A stretch of DNA of 46,010 nucleotides from an uncultured Gammaproteobacteria bacterium (GTDB lineage Bacteria > Patescibacteriota > Microgenomatia > Daviesbacterales > UBA10151). Positions 7,409 through 17,449 of this stretch are shown here, one piece after another (the first letter of the stretch is position 1; each line of letters opens with the position of its first letter). Location: NCBI GenBank assembly GCA_964504665.1, contig CAZDEH010000005.1:1-46010 (forward strand), written 5' to 3'. The position numbers and the translations under genes were made by a program. The notes under the pieces are model-generated. The model was not told the origin of the DNA and did no database searches. It was given only the letters and a program-made list of their open reading frames with translations.

Positions 7409-8156
7409 AAAAGAAATTAAAAAAGAATCTACAGTAAAACGTTTACCGTCTACCGCAAAAAAAGCGGAAAGCGGCTCGCCTCGCGAAGCGGGAAGTCGGA
7501 AGTTGATTGGCTTATCTGTTCCTATGGTGAATATAGGTGGTAAAGATGTAGGCATTCTAGCTTTGCCGAAAGAAATTTTTGGAGCTAAAATAAATAAACC
7601 ACTCCTTTCCCAGGCTCTCAGAGTTTATTTGAATAATGCAACTGCTCATCACTCAAATACAAAAACCAGAGGTGAAGTAAAAGGTTCTACCAGAAAAATT
7701 AGGGCTCAAAAAGGGACAGGAGGAGCCAGACATGGATCAGTGAGAGCTCCTATTTTTGTAGGTGGAGGTATTTCACTTGGTCCTAAATACAGAAAAGTGA
7801 TATTAGACTTGCCTAAAAAGATGAAAAAAGCAGCATTGATCTCTGCTTTATCTGAAAAAGTTCATGATAGCGAGATAATGGGTATTACAGGTTTGGAAAA
7901 AATAACAGGTAAAACTAAGGAAATGCATTCTTTGGCAGAAAAAATGCAAAAGAAAAGTCTCTTAATTGTGACCGGTGAGAAAAATGAAGCTTTAAGGAGA
8001 GCTGTTGGTAATTTATCAAATGTAAACTCTTTATTAGCAGATCAACTGAGCGTGATGGATTTAATTAAATATCAAACTGTTATGATGACAAAAGAAGCCG
8101 TAAAAAATATAGAAGGCAGAATTAAGAGTGAAAAAGTAGAGGAATCCCCAAAATGA
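7398..8156 (+). CDS. rplD: 50S ribosomal protein L4 with N-terminal extension
   Basis: TKTRGEV, QKGTGGARHGS, GGGISLGP; start ATG 7398. Confidence 0.98.
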   Translation: MPVKKEIKKESTVKRLPSTAKKAESGSPREAGSRKLIGLSVPMVNIGGKDVGILALPKEIFGAKINKPLLSQALRVYLNNATAHHSNTKTRGEVKGSTRKIRAQKGTGGARHGSVRAPIFVGGGISLGPKYRKVILDLPKKMKKAALISALSEKVHDSEIMGITGLEKITGKTKEMHSLAEKMQKKSLLIVTGEKNEALRRAVGNLSNVNSLLADQLSVMDLIKYQTVMMTKEAVKNIEGRIKSEKVEESPK

Positions 8157-8587
8157 ATGTATTAATTAAAAAACCAATTATTTCTGAGAAAACAATGAGG
8201 CTTGCTAAAGCTGGTTGCTATTCTTTTATTGTCGCAAAAATGGCAAGGAAACTGGAGATTAAAGCCGCCGTTGAACACCAATTTGATGTGCATGTTGTGG
8301 ATATTAGAACCACCAATTTTAAAGATCAAAAAAAACAACAAAGAAGAGTGAGGTCAACATATATTATTCCTGGATTCAAGAAAGCAATTGTAAAACTGAA
8401 AAAAGGTCAGAAAATAGGTTTATTTGAAATAGCATCTGTACAAACTGAAACTGATGAAGGAGAGATAGAAGTGAAAGAGAAAAAGAGTTTATTAAGAGGA
8501 ACAAAGGTAAAAATAGAAAGAAATGACAAAGTAAAAACATCAAGTGATAAAACAGAAGATAAAGAAAAGAAAGGGAAGAAACAATAA
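8153..8587 (+). CDS. rplW: 50S ribosomal protein L23 with charged tail
   Basis: PIISEKT, KLEIKAAVE, KKAIVKL. Confidence 0.97.
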   Translation: MNVLIKKPIISEKTMRLAKAGCYSFIVAKMARKLEIKAAVEHQFDVHVVDIRTTNFKDQKKQQRRVRSTYIIPGFKKAIVKLKKGQKIGLFEIASVQTETDEGEIEVKEKKSLLRGTKVKIERNDKVKTSSDKTEDKEKKGKKQ

Positions 8588-9432
8588 TGGGACTCATAAA
8601 TTATGAGCGAGACTCTAAGCTAATCGCTTATAAAGAAACAACAAAAACCAGAAGGTTTGCCTCCAAAATGGCAAGACCGAAGAAAAATAAAACCGCCCCA
8701 AAAAAGTTAATGGCAATACTCCAAAAACATAGTGGTAGGTCAAGAGGAACCATCACTGTCCGTCATCAAGGGGGAAGACATAAAAGGTATTATCGGGAGA
8801 TTGATTTTAAAAGAAATAAATTTGGAGTAATGGGTGCAGTAGCAGCGTTGGAGTATGATCCTAACAGAAATGTGGATATTGCTCTCATCAAATATGTAGA
8901 TGGTGAATACCGGTATATATTATCTCCTAAAGGTTTAAGGGTTGGGGATAAAGTACAGTCTGATGAGAAAGTTGAATTAAATATTGGGAACGCTTTAAAG
9001 CTGAAAAATATGCCTGTAGGGACGGAGGTTCATAACGTTGAACTGACACCTGGTAAAGGTGGACAACTGGGTCGGGCTGCCGGTACTTCTTTAACCCTGC
9101 AAGCAAAACAAGCTCCCTATGCTCACTTGAAACTTCCTTCAGGAGAGATTAGAATGATTTCCTTGGAATCCTTGGCTACAGTTGGGGTTTTGGGTAATGA
9201 GGAATGGAAAAATATTGAACTTGGTAAAGCGGGAAGAAAAAGACACCTGGGAATAAGACCTACTGTTAGGGGGACAGCACAAGATCCTCACTCACATCCG
9301 CACGGAGGTGGAGAAGGCAGGTCAGGTGTGGGAAGAAAGAAACCAATGACTGTTTATGGCAGACCGGCTGTAGGTAAAACCAGAAATAAAAAGAAATTGT
9401 CACATAAAATGATCATTAAGAGGAGAAAATAA
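8587..9432 (+). CDS. rplB: 50S ribosomal protein L2
   Basis: [21 protein letters not shown]. Confidence 0.99.
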   Translation: MGLINYERDSKLIAYKETTKTRRFASKMARPKKNKTAPKKLMAILQKHSGRSRGTITVRHQGGRHKRYYREIDFKRNKFGVMGAVAALEYDPNRNVDIALIKYVDGEYRYILSPKGLRVGDKVQSDEKVELNIGNALKLKNMPVGTEVHNVELTPGKGGQLGRAAGTSLTLQAKQAPYAHLKLPSGEIRMISLESLATVGVLGNEEWKNIELGKAGRKRHLGIRPTVRGTAQDPHSHPHGGGEGRSGVGRKKPMTVYGRPAVGKTRNKKKLSHKMIIKRRK

Positions 9433-9437
9433 ATAAT

Positions 9438-9722
9438 ATGTCACGAAGCTTAAAAAAGGGACCATATATTGATGCCAAATTATTAAAAAAGATTATGGCT
9501 CAAAAAAACGGTGGACAAAAGACCCCTATTAAAACATGGGTCCGGGCTTCTCAAATTTCACCTGATTTCGTTGGGGCTACTTTAATGATCCATAATGGTA
9601 AGAATTTTATTTCAGTGTATATTTCAGAATCAATGGTAGGGCACCGTGTAGGAGAATTTTCTCCCACCAGAACTTTTAGATCACATGGTAAAAAGACTGA
9701 AAAATCATCAGCCAAAACTTAA
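9438..9722 (+). CDS. rpsS: 30S ribosomal protein S19
   Basis: [22 protein letters not shown]. Confidence 0.99.
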   Translation: MSRSLKKGPYIDAKLLKKIMAQKNGGQKTPIKTWVRASQISPDFVGATLMIHNGKNFISVYISESMVGHRVGEFSPTRTFRSHGKKTEKSSAKT

Positions 9723-9730
9723 AAAATAAT

Positions 9731-10084
9731 ATGGAAATTACATCAATACAAAAAAATATTCGCAGTTCTCCCCGTAAAATGAGACTCGTAGTGGATATGA
9801 TTAGAAATATGAAACCTGTGAGAGCAGTGCAAATATTAGAGTTTACGAATAAAGCTGCAGCCCTGCCTTTATCTAAAGCAATAAAAACAGTTTTAGGCAA
9901 TGCTAAATCACAAAATCTGGATGTAAACTTGATGGTTTTTAAGGCTATAGAGGTAAACGAAGGAACTAAAATGAAAAGATTCCGTGCTGGGACCAAGGGC
10001 AGAGCTAAACCATATAAAAAGAGACTCAGCCATATCAAAATTGTTTTAACAGATGAAATTAAAGGAGAAAAAAATGGGACGTAA
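9731..10084 (+). CDS. rplV: 50S ribosomal protein L22
   Basis: SSPRKMRLVVD, SHIKIVL; operon position. Confidence 0.98.
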   Translation: MEITSIQKNIRSSPRKMRLVVDMIRNMKPVRAVQILEFTNKAAALPLSKAIKTVLGNAKSQNLDVNLMVFKAIEVNEGTKMKRFRAGTKGRAKPYKKRLSHIKIVLTDEIKGEKNGT

Positions 10085-10718
10085 AGTAAATCCGATAAGT
10101 TTTAGAATGGGCAATGTTTCTACTTGGCAATCCAGGTGGTTTGCTGATGATAAAAAATACAGACAGTTTGTATTAGCCGATATCAAAATCAGAGATGTCC
10201 TGATGAAGAAACTCCGACCTGCCGGAATAGTTAAGGTGGAGATAGAAAGAGCCAGTAATAAATTAAAAGTAATTATTTTTGTTGCGCGTCCCGGTGTTTT
10301 AATCGGGAGAGGAGGTCAGGGGTTAACGGATTTGAAGAAATTCTTAATGACTGAACTTCAAATTAAAGATGAAAACACACTCGAAATCACCCCGATGGAT
10401 GTCCGTACCCCGGATTTATCTGCCTATTTAGTCGCTCAAAACGCTTCTGAACAATTAGCTAAAAGGTTACCGGCTCAACGGGTGATGAATCAGTCTGTTG
10501 ATCGGGTAATGCGTGCCGGGGCTAAAGGTGTCAGGATAGTTTTAGCAGGTAGAATTGGTGGAGCAGAAATTGCCCGTCGGGAATGGAAAGCACAAGGAAC
10601 AATGCCTCTGCATACACTCAGGCAAGATATTGACTTTGCCTCTGTTCCAGCACTCACAAAATCAGGATATGTTGGAGTTAAGGTTTGGATTAACCGTGGG
10701 GAGGCGGTAGTAAATTAA
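10074..10718 (+). CDS. rpsC: 30S ribosomal protein S3
   Basis: [30 protein letters not shown]. Confidence 0.99.
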   Translation: MGRKVNPISFRMGNVSTWQSRWFADDKKYRQFVLADIKIRDVLMKKLRPAGIVKVEIERASNKLKVIIFVARPGVLIGRGGQGLTDLKKFLMTELQIKDENTLEITPMDVRTPDLSAYLVAQNASEQLAKRLPAQRVMNQSVDRVMRAGAKGVRIVLAGRIGGAEIARREWKAQGTMPLHTLRQDIDFASVPALTKSGYVGVKVWINRGEAVVN

Positions 10719-11134
10719 TGGCACTTCTAGTCCCGAAAAGAGTGAAACACCGCAAAACTTTCAGAGGAAAAAGAGGTGGAGTTGCTACCCGTGGAAATCA
10801 GTTAAATTTTGGTACATATGGCTTGAAGGTAGTGGAACGGGGATGGATTTCGTCACGTCAGATTGAAGCGGCAAGACGTGCTGCTACCCACTTTACTTCC
10901 CGTGGAGGAAGATTATGGATTCGGATTTTTCCCGATAAACCGGTGACTAAACACCCGGCTGAGGCGAGAATGGGATCGGGAAAAGGGGATGTTATCGGTT
11001 ATGTTGCAGTTGTCAGACCTGGTAATGTTATTTTTGAAATTGGTGCGGTATCAACTGTGATTGCAGAAGAAGCCATGCGTTTAGCAGCTCATAAATTACC
11101 GCTCAAAACTAAATTTGTAATGAAAGAGAGTTAA
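10718..11134 (+). CDS. rplP: 50S ribosomal protein L16
   Basis: [23 protein letters not shown]. Confidence 0.99.
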   Translation: MALLVPKRVKHRKTFRGKRGGVATRGNQLNFGTYGLKVVERGWISSRQIEAARRAATHFTSRGGRLWIRIFPDKPVTKHPAEARMGSGKGDVIGYVAVVRPGNVIFEIGAVSTVIAEEAMRLAAHKLPLKTKFVMKES

Positions 11135-11171
11135 AGATATAAGCAGAGCTTGAAATTTTGAAGACAAAATT

Positions 11172-11420
11172 ATGAAAAAAACTGAGTTTGTTGAAATAAA
11201 AAAGATGGATATACCAGCATTAAAGGAAAAGGCTAAGAAAATAAAAGAAGAAATCGCAGGATTGATAATTGATAAAAATATGAATAAAATGCCTAATCTA
11301 AAATTAATTAAAAGTAAAAGAAATGAGTTGGCTAAAACTTTAACCGTTTGGCAGCAAAAAAGATTACTGCAAGAGTTAGAACAACAAGAAGAAAAGAATG
11401 AGGAGGAAAGAATAAAATGA
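11172..11420 (+). CDS. rpmC: 50S ribosomal protein L29 (divergent)
   Basis: Lies between rplP and rpsQ; IKSKRNELAKTLT resembles the L29 helix. Confidence 0.85.
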   Translation: MKKTEFVEIKKMDIPALKEKAKKIKEEIAGLIIDKNMNKMPNLKLIKSKRNELAKTLTVWQQKRLLQELEQQEEKNEEERIK

Positions 11421-11923
11421 TAGTTAAAAAAAATGAACCTCTCCCCGCTGCAAGCAGCGGGGTATCCCACAAAAGTGGGATAAGTTCTTTTGAGCATTCA
11501 TCCTCGCGTAGTAAACTACGAGGTATTCTCGCTCAAAATAAAACCAAGGAATTAAAAATCAATCTGACAAAAAAAACTATGGAAAAAACAAAGCAAGTAT
11601 TTAAAGGAAGGGTAATAGCTGCAAAAACTTTGCATACAGCGACTGTATTGCTAGAAAGCAGAAAAACGCATCCTTTATATAAAAAATCTTATGCCCATAG
11701 TAAAAAATATCTTGTAGAAGATGATTTAGGAGTAAAAGCGGGTGATTTGGTAGAAATTATCAAGTGTAAACCGATGTCTAAAAATAAACATTTTAAGATT
11801 ATGAAAGTAATTGGACGTGATATGGAAGCAATTGTGACGGAGCAATTAAAAGAAGAAGCGCAAGCTGCAATTGAGGAAGTTCTGCCTGTCGAAAAAGAAG
11901 AAGCGATTGCTGCTGCCGAATAG
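11417..11923 (+). CDS. rpsQ: 30S ribosomal protein S17 with N-terminal insertion; conserved core starts at ATG 11579
   Basis: FKGRVI, HPLYKK, GDLVEIIKCKPMSKNK. Confidence 0.95.
   Translation: MIVKKNEPLPAASSGVSHKSGISSFEHSSSRSKLRGILAQNKTKELKINLTKKTMEKTKQVFKGRVIAAKTLHTATVLLESRKTHPLYKKSYAHSKKYLVEDDLGVKAGDLVEIIKCKPMSKNKHFKIMKVIGRDMEAIVTEQLKEEAQAAIEEVLPVEKEEAIAAAE
11432..11542. mobile_element. ~111-bp MITE-like multi-hairpin element, in frame in the rpsQ 5' region
   Basis: ccccgctgc-aa-gcagcgggg; tatcccac-aaaa-gtgggata; ttttgagc...gctcaaaa enclosing cgtagt-aa-actacg. Confidence 0.75.
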
Positions 11924-12004
11924 CCTGAAGATAAAAATGAAAAACCAAAAAAATCAAGTAAAAGAAAGGGAAAGTCTGAAAACTGAAGACTGGTAGCTAA
12001 TTTT

Positions 12005-12373
12005 ATGTTACAGCACAGATCAATGGTAAAAGTTGCCGATAATAGTGGGGCTAAAGTAGTGATGGTTATTCAGCCACTGGGAGGTTCCGGTAAAAGAAAG
12101 GCGACCCTTGGGGAACTAGTAACCGGAGTCGTAAAAGGGGCTGATCCAAATGGGCAGGTTAAAGATCACGAGTTAGTCAGGGCGGTAATTGTAAGAACTA
12201 AAAAAGAGAGAAGAAGAGACGATGGATCGTACATTAAATTTGATGAAAATGCAGTGGTGATTATAGATAAAGACGGTAATTTACGGGCAACCCGGGTGTT
12301 TGGCCCTATTGCCAGGGAAGTTAGAGATAAAGGATTTACCAAAATAGCATCTTTAGCACCGGAGGTATGGTAA
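12005..12373 (+). CDS. rplN: 50S ribosomal protein L14
   Basis: [31 protein letters not shown]. Confidence 0.99.
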   Translation: MLQHRSMVKVADNSGAKVVMVIQPLGGSGKRKATLGELVTGVVKGADPNGQVKDHELVRAVIVRTKKERRRDDGSYIKFDENAVVIIDKDGNLRATRVFGPIAREVRDKGFTKIASLAPEVW

Positions 12374-12377
12374 ATAT

Positions 12378-12728
12378 ATGAAGATAAAAACAGGAGATAC
12401 TGTACAAATACTCTTAGGAAAAGACCGGGGTAAAACCGGCAAAGTTCTCCGTGTTTGGACTAAAGAAAATAAGATATTAGTAGAAGGAGTAAATATCTAT
12501 AAAAGACATATTAAGAAAACAAAGCAACATGAAGGAGGCATTATAGATATCCCCAAACCACTTAATTTCAGCAATGTATCTTTAATTTGTCCGTCGTGTA
12601 AGAAGAAAACTCGAATCAGTATGAAAATTGAATTAAATAAGCAAAGCTTGCGATCTGAAGATCTTAAAAAAATACGGATATGCAAGAAGTGCCATGAGGA
12701 AATAAAGATGAAGAAGGAGAGTAAATAA
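12378..12728 (+). CDS. rplX: 50S ribosomal protein L24
   Basis: KOW GDTVQILLGKDRGKTGKV, VEGVN; two CxxC. Confidence 0.98.
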   Translation: MKIKTGDTVQILLGKDRGKTGKVLRVWTKENKILVEGVNIYKRHIKKTKQHEGGIIDIPKPLNFSNVSLICPSCKKKTRISMKIELNKQSLRSEDLKKIRICKKCHEEIKMKKESK

Positions 12729-13285
12729 TGAATCGTTTGAAAGATAAATACCAAAAAGAAATATTGCCAAAATTAAAAGAGGAATTTGGTATAAAAAATA
12801 ATTTTGCTGTACCAATTTTAACAAAAATCGTTATTAATACCGGTATGGGAGATGCTAAGGATAATAAAGATATAGCATTGAAAGTTGTCGAAAATTTAAC
12901 TGCTCTGACCGGTCAAAAGCCAATTACGACTGTTGCCAGGGATTCAATTGCTGGGTTTAAACTCGGTAAAGGCAACACAATTGGAGCAATGGTTACGTTG
13001 CGCGGCAGTAGAATGTATGATTTTTTAGATAAATTGATAAGTATTGTTTTACCGAAAGTAAGAGATTTCCGGGGGATCCCCAATACCTCATTTGATACCC
13101 GTGGCAATTATACTTTAGGGCTACCAGAAATTGTTATATTTCCAGAGGTAAACTTTCAAGTTGTCACGACTGGTAGTAAAATAAGAGGCTTAGAAATATC
13201 TATCGTGACAAGCGCTAAAAAAATGGAGCAGGGCAAAAAATTATTAGAATTACTTGGAATGCCATTTAAAAAGGAGGCTAGGTAG
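12728..13285 (+). CDS. rplE: 50S ribosomal protein L5
   Basis: TGQKP, VTLRG, LPKVRDFRG, GNYTLG. Confidence 0.99.
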   Translation: MNRLKDKYQKEILPKLKEEFGIKNNFAVPILTKIVINTGMGDAKDNKDIALKVVENLTALTGQKPITTVARDSIAGFKLGKGNTIGAMVTLRGSRMYDFLDKLISIVLPKVRDFRGIPNTSFDTRGNYTLGLPEIVIFPEVNFQVVTTGSKIRGLEISIVTSAKKMEQGKKLLELLGMPFKKEAR

Positions 13286-13288
13286 TTT

Positions 13289-13468
13289 ATGGCAAAAACA
13301 AGTAATGTAGTTAAAGCAAAAGAAAAATACCAGGTCAGGTACCATTCTAGATGTCAGAGATGTGGTAGATCCAGGTTTGTTTATAGGAAATTTGGTTTAT
13401 GCAGACTTTGTTTTAGAGAACTAGCTAACTTAGGGCAATTACCCGGAGTTAAGAAATCGAGTTGGTAA
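13289..13468 (+). CDS. rpsN: 30S ribosomal protein S14, zinc-binding type (absent from ORF track)
   Basis: MAKTS...[39 protein letters not shown]. Confidence 0.97.
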   Translation: MAKTSNVVKAKEKYQVRYHSRCQRCGRSRFVYRKFGLCRLCFRELANLGQLPGVKKSSW

Positions 13469-13472
13469 TAAT

Positions 13473-13850
13473 ATGCATGATAAAGTAGGAGATTTATTGA
13501 TTAGAATAAAAAATGGCTATATGGCCCGCCTCAATGAGGTTGTTTCCCCATACTCAAAACTCAGTATGGCGATCTGTCAGCTTCTAAAAAATGAAGGTTT
13601 TATAGAGGATTTCGAAAAGGGTGAACGGAACATAGAAATCACTCTAAAATATGAAAACAGAAAACCAGTGCTTACTAACGTAAAAAGAATCTCAAAGCCT
13701 GGTAAAAGAGTTTATAAAGGTAGTAAACTAATTCCGAGAGTTTACAATGGTTTAGGATTTGCGATTATTTCAACACCAAAGGGTGTAATGTCTGATCGAA
13801 CAGCACGAAAGGAGGGTCTGGGCGGAGAGATAATGGCTTTCGTCTGGTAA
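13473..13850 (+). CDS. rpsH: 30S ribosomal protein S8
   Basis: RISKPGKRVY, ISTPKGVM, GGEI. Confidence 0.99.
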   Translation: MHDKVGDLLIRIKNGYMARLNEVVSPYSKLSMAICQLLKNEGFIEDFEKGERNIEITLKYENRKPVLTNVKRISKPGKRVYKGSKLIPRVYNGLGFAIISTPKGVMSDRTARKEGLGGEIMAFVW

Positions 13851-13852
13851 AT

Positions 13853-14410
13853 ATGTCAAGAATAGGTGAGGCAAAGATTCAAATACCAAATGGGGTGACT
13901 TGTGAAGTTCTGACCCGAAAAGTTATTGTTAAAGGTCCTTTGGGAGATCTTAGTATGAATCATTTATCAAAAGTTACAGTTGAAGTTTTGGGGGATCAGA
14001 TACTTGTGAAAAGAAAAAACGAAGATAAGTTCTCTAAATCATTGCATGGTTTAACCAGGTCTTTGATAAATAATATGGTTCTCGGAGTAGAAAAAGGATG
14101 GGAGAAAAAAATGGAGCTTGTAGGAGTTGGATATCGTGCTCAAGCAATCGGAGATAAATTATCACTCGCTGTGGGATATTCACATCCGGTAGAAATTGAA
14201 ATGCCAGAAGGAATTAAATTTATTGTGGAGGATAATACAAAGATCACCATTTCCGGGATTGATAAAATAAAAGTCGGACAAATGGCAGCTAAAATTAGGG
14301 GTGTTAGACCACCTGAGCCCTATAAAGGAAAGGGTATTAGGTACATCGGTGAGTATGTGAGAAGAAAAGCTGGTAAAGCCGGAAAGGTAGGAGTCGGAGC
14401 AGCAAAATGA
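13853..14410 (+). CDS. rplF: 50S ribosomal protein L6
   Basis: [24 protein letters not shown]. Confidence 0.99.
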   Translation: MSRIGEAKIQIPNGVTCEVLTRKVIVKGPLGDLSMNHLSKVTVEVLGDQILVKRKNEDKFSKSLHGLTRSLINNMVLGVEKGWEKKMELVGVGYRAQAIGDKLSLAVGYSHPVEIEMPEGIKFIVEDNTKITISGIDKIKVGQMAAKIRGVRPPEPYKGKGIRYIGEYVRRKAGKAGKVGVGAAK

Positions 14411-14739
14411 AAAACAGACAAAGAAGGCATTTCAAAATTAGAAAACATGTAATTGGAACAAGTGATTGCCCGAGGCTTTGTGTATTTCGGTCTAACACAC
14501 ATATTTATGCTCAAATTATTGATGATAGTTTGGGAAAAACACTCGTGGCTGACTCTGACATTAAACCTGGGACAACCACAAATAAAACCGATAAGGCATA
14601 TGAGGTTGGTAAGATATAAGCAGAAGTAGCTTCCAAAAAAGGAATTACAAAGATTGTCTATGATCGGGGTGGGTTTTTATATCACGGGAGAATTGCAAAA
14701 CTGGCAGAAGGAGCCAGAGCAGGAGGTTTAAAGTTCTAA
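14407..14739 (+). CDS. rplR: 50S ribosomal protein L18 with in-frame TAA at 14617-14619
   Basis: PRLCVFRSN...[46 protein letters not shown]. Confidence 0.93.
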
Positions 14740-14740
14740 T

Positions 14741-15196
14741 ATGAATCCTGATTATCAACAATCTGAATATTTAGAGAAAGTAGTCCAAGTGAACCGGGTT
14801 TCCAAAAAAACTAAAGGTGGAGATAAAAGATCGTTGTCGGTTATTGTGGTAGTTGGGGACCGCAAAGGAAAGGTTGGTGTAGGTCTTGGCAAGGCTGCCG
14901 ATGTACAATCAGCTGTTCGGAAAGCAACTGCTTATGCTAAAAAACATTTAATAACTGTTCCCCTTAGAGAGAATAGAACTATTCCTCATGGAATTAATAT
15001 AAAGCTTGGTGCAGCTAGGGTCATGTTAAAACCGGCTCCGGCAGGAACCGGTATTATTGCTGGTGGTGCTGTTAGGGTGGTTGTGGAAGCTGCCGGAATT
15101 TCTGATATTGTTTCTAAAATACTGGGAACAAAGAATCAGGCTTCCAATGTTTATGCTACTTTGGAGGCCTTGGGGAGGTTGAAAAACAAAAAATGA
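14741..15196 (+). CDS. rpsE: 30S ribosomal protein S5
   Basis: [28 protein letters not shown]. Confidence 0.99.
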   Translation: MNPDYQQSEYLEKVVQVNRVSKKTKGGDKRSLSVIVVVGDRKGKVGVGLGKAADVQSAVRKATAYAKKHLITVPLRENRTIPHGINIKLGAARVMLKPAPAGTGIIAGGAVRVVVEAAGISDIVSKILGTKNQASNVYATLEALGRLKNKK

Positions 15197-15633
15197 AACT
15201 AAATAGTTTGTTAAAGTTAACAGATAGAAAAAAGAAAATAGTTGGTAGAGGGCTTGGTTCCGGTAAGGGTAAAACTGCCGGTCGGGGGACAAAAGGACAA
15301 AAAGCCAGAGGAAGAATACCGGTTGGGTTTATTGGAGGTACACTACCTTTATATAAAAGATTACCTTACAATCGAGGGCAACGGAATCGGAAATCACAGT
15401 CAAATACACTCGCCATAAATATTTCAAAGTTACAAAACTTTAAATCCGGTTCAGAAGTAGATTTACAAAGTTTAATTAATGCAAATATTGTGAGTATTAA
15501 TGACGCCAAAAAAAGAGGGGTAAAGATTGTAGGAAGCGGTGTCGTTCCCGCTAAACTTACGGTTAAAGTTAAGGTGAGTGCGGTAGCGGGAAAAATGATT
15601 GAGAAAGCAGAAGGAAAGGTGGTTTGTGGATAG
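15193..15633 (+). CDS. rplO: 50S ribosomal protein L15
   Basis: [22 protein letters not shown]. Confidence 0.99.
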   Translation: MKLNSLLKLTDRKKKIVGRGLGSGKGKTAGRGTKGQKARGRIPVGFIGGTLPLYKRLPYNRGQRNRKSQSNTLAINISKLQNFKSGSEVDLQSLINANIVSINDAKKRGVKIVGSGVVPAKLTVKVKVSAVAGKMIEKAEGKVVCG

Positions 15634-16912
15634 TATCCTTGCCCCCATCATTAATTCCTTAAAGATCTCTGAGCTTCGTCGAAAAATTATTATAACCACA
15701 ATCATTATCATCATCTACCGGATTGCGTCCCACATTCCTATTAGCGGCGTTGATTTACAAGCCTTGCAGGCTCTTTTTAATAGTAACCAATTTCTAGGAC
15801 TTTTGGATATTTTTTCCGGTGGTGCTTTAGTTAATTTTTCCGTACTTTCACTTGGACTAAATCCTTATATTAATGCTTCAATCATTTTGCAGTTGTTAAC
15901 AATGGTCATTCCTTCCCTGGAGGCATTATCAAAAGAGGGTGAATACGGTCGGCAAAAAATTAATCAATACACACGTTACTTAACAGTCCCTTTGGCAATT
16001 GTTCAATCTATCGGGATGTTTACGTTGCTGAAAAATCAGGGTATTGTACTCGATATTACCCCTGTCTCAATACTGGCAATTATTATAACAATGACAGCCG
16101 GGACAATTTTGGCAATGTGGTTGGGAGAACTTATTACCGAATATGGAATCGGTAACGGAATCTCTCTTTTGATTTTCGTTGGAATCGTAGCCCGTGCTCC
16201 GGTCGCTTTTTTTCAGACAATTTCTATTACAGATCAACAACAAATCATAAATTTATTAATTTTCGGAGCTTTAGCTGTAGCAATGACTGCAGGAATTGTT
16301 TTTATTAACGAAGGACGGAGACAAATCATGATTCAATATGCCAGAAGATTTGTCGGCGGTAGAGAAGTGGGTGGATCTTTTACTTATTTGCCTCTCCGTG
16401 TTAATCAGGCGGGAGTCATCCCGATTATTTTTGCTGTTTCTTTAGTTCTGGTTCCCAGTTTTGGTGGACAATATTTATCACAAGCTGCAAATCCGCAAAT
16501 ACAAAATATCGGTAGATGGCTTGCAGCTAATTTTGACTCTTTGTCGATGACATATAATTTAGTTTATTTTCTGTTGGTGATTGGTTTTACATATTTTTAT
16601 ACCGCTGTTATTTTTAACCCGGTTAAGATTGCTGACGATATAAAAAAATCAGGAGCTTTTATTGCCGGTATCAGACCTGGCGTGGCAACAGCGGCTTATT
16701 TGAATCATATTTTGGTAAGAATTACTTTGGCAGGAGCGGTTTTTTTAGGTACAGTGGCGATTTTACCATCACTAGTTTCCCAAATGACAGGGGTTCAGAC
16801 TTTAGCAATTGGCGGAACAGGTCTTTTGATTGTTGTGTCCGTTGTTTTAGATACTGCCAAACAATTTGAAAGTAAATTAGTAGAACAGCGTTATGAGGGA
16901 TTTTTAAAATAA
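15626..16912 (+). CDS. secY: Preprotein translocase SecY
   Basis: [42 protein letters not shown]; GTG start 15626. Confidence 0.99.
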   Translation: MDSILAPIINSLKISELRRKIIITTIIIIIYRIASHIPISGVDLQALQALFNSNQFLGLLDIFSGGALVNFSVLSLGLNPYINASIILQLLTMVIPSLEALSKEGEYGRQKINQYTRYLTVPLAIVQSIGMFTLLKNQGIVLDITPVSILAIIITMTAGTILAMWLGELITEYGIGNGISLLIFVGIVARAPVAFFQTISITDQQQIINLLIFGALAVAMTAGIVFINEGRRQIMIQYARRFVGGREVGGSFTYLPLRVNQAGVIPIIFAVSLVLVPSFGGQYLSQAANPQIQNIGRWLAANFDSLSMTYNLVYFLLVIGFTYFYTAVIFNPVKIADDIKKSGAFIAGIRPGVATAAYLNHILVRITLAGAVFLGTVAILPSLVSQMTGVQTLAIGGTGLLIVVSVVLDTAKQFESKLVEQRYEGFLK

Positions 16913-17448
16913 TGAAAATACTACTAATTGGTCCACAAGGATCCGGTAAAACAACACAAGCAAAGATCTTAGCCCAAAAGTTAGGGCTTAAATTTTCAGG
17001 TACAGGTGAAATGCTTAGAGAAATTGCTAAAGAGGGTGGTCCTGAAGCCGAAAAATTAAACGAAATATTTGCGACAGGTAAATTGCTTGACGATCAGACA
17101 ATCTGCAGATTAGTTAAAGAAACACTAAGCGACTCTGATTATCGAAATGGGTTTATTATTGACGGTTATCCAAGGACTATACAACAAAAAAATATTTTTG
17201 ATCCAAACTTTGATATCGTTTTTTATATCAAAATTACTGATAAAGAAGCAATAAGAAGACTGGTAAATAGAGGTAGGTTTGACGATACCCCTGAAGTGAT
17301 CAAAAACAGGTTGGATCTTTATCATCAAGAAACCGGACCACTGCTTGACATTTTTTTAAATGAAGGCAAGCTATGGGTGGTGGAAGGTGAGCAATCTATA
17401 GAGGCAGTTACTGAGCAGATCTTCAAGCGCCTTAATCTAAAAATTTAA
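16912..17448 (+). CDS. adk: Adenylate kinase (short LID)
   Basis: GPQGSGKTT, DGYPR, RGRFDD. Confidence 0.95.
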   Translation: MKILLIGPQGSGKTTQAKILAQKLGLKFSGTGEMLREIAKEGGPEAEKLNEIFATGKLLDDQTICRLVKETLSDSDYRNGFIIDGYPRTIQQKNIFDPNFDIVFYIKITDKEAIRRLVNRGRFDDTPEVIKNRLDLYHQETGPLLDIFLNEGKLWVVEGEQSIEAVTEQIFKRLNLKI

Positions 17449-17449
17449 T

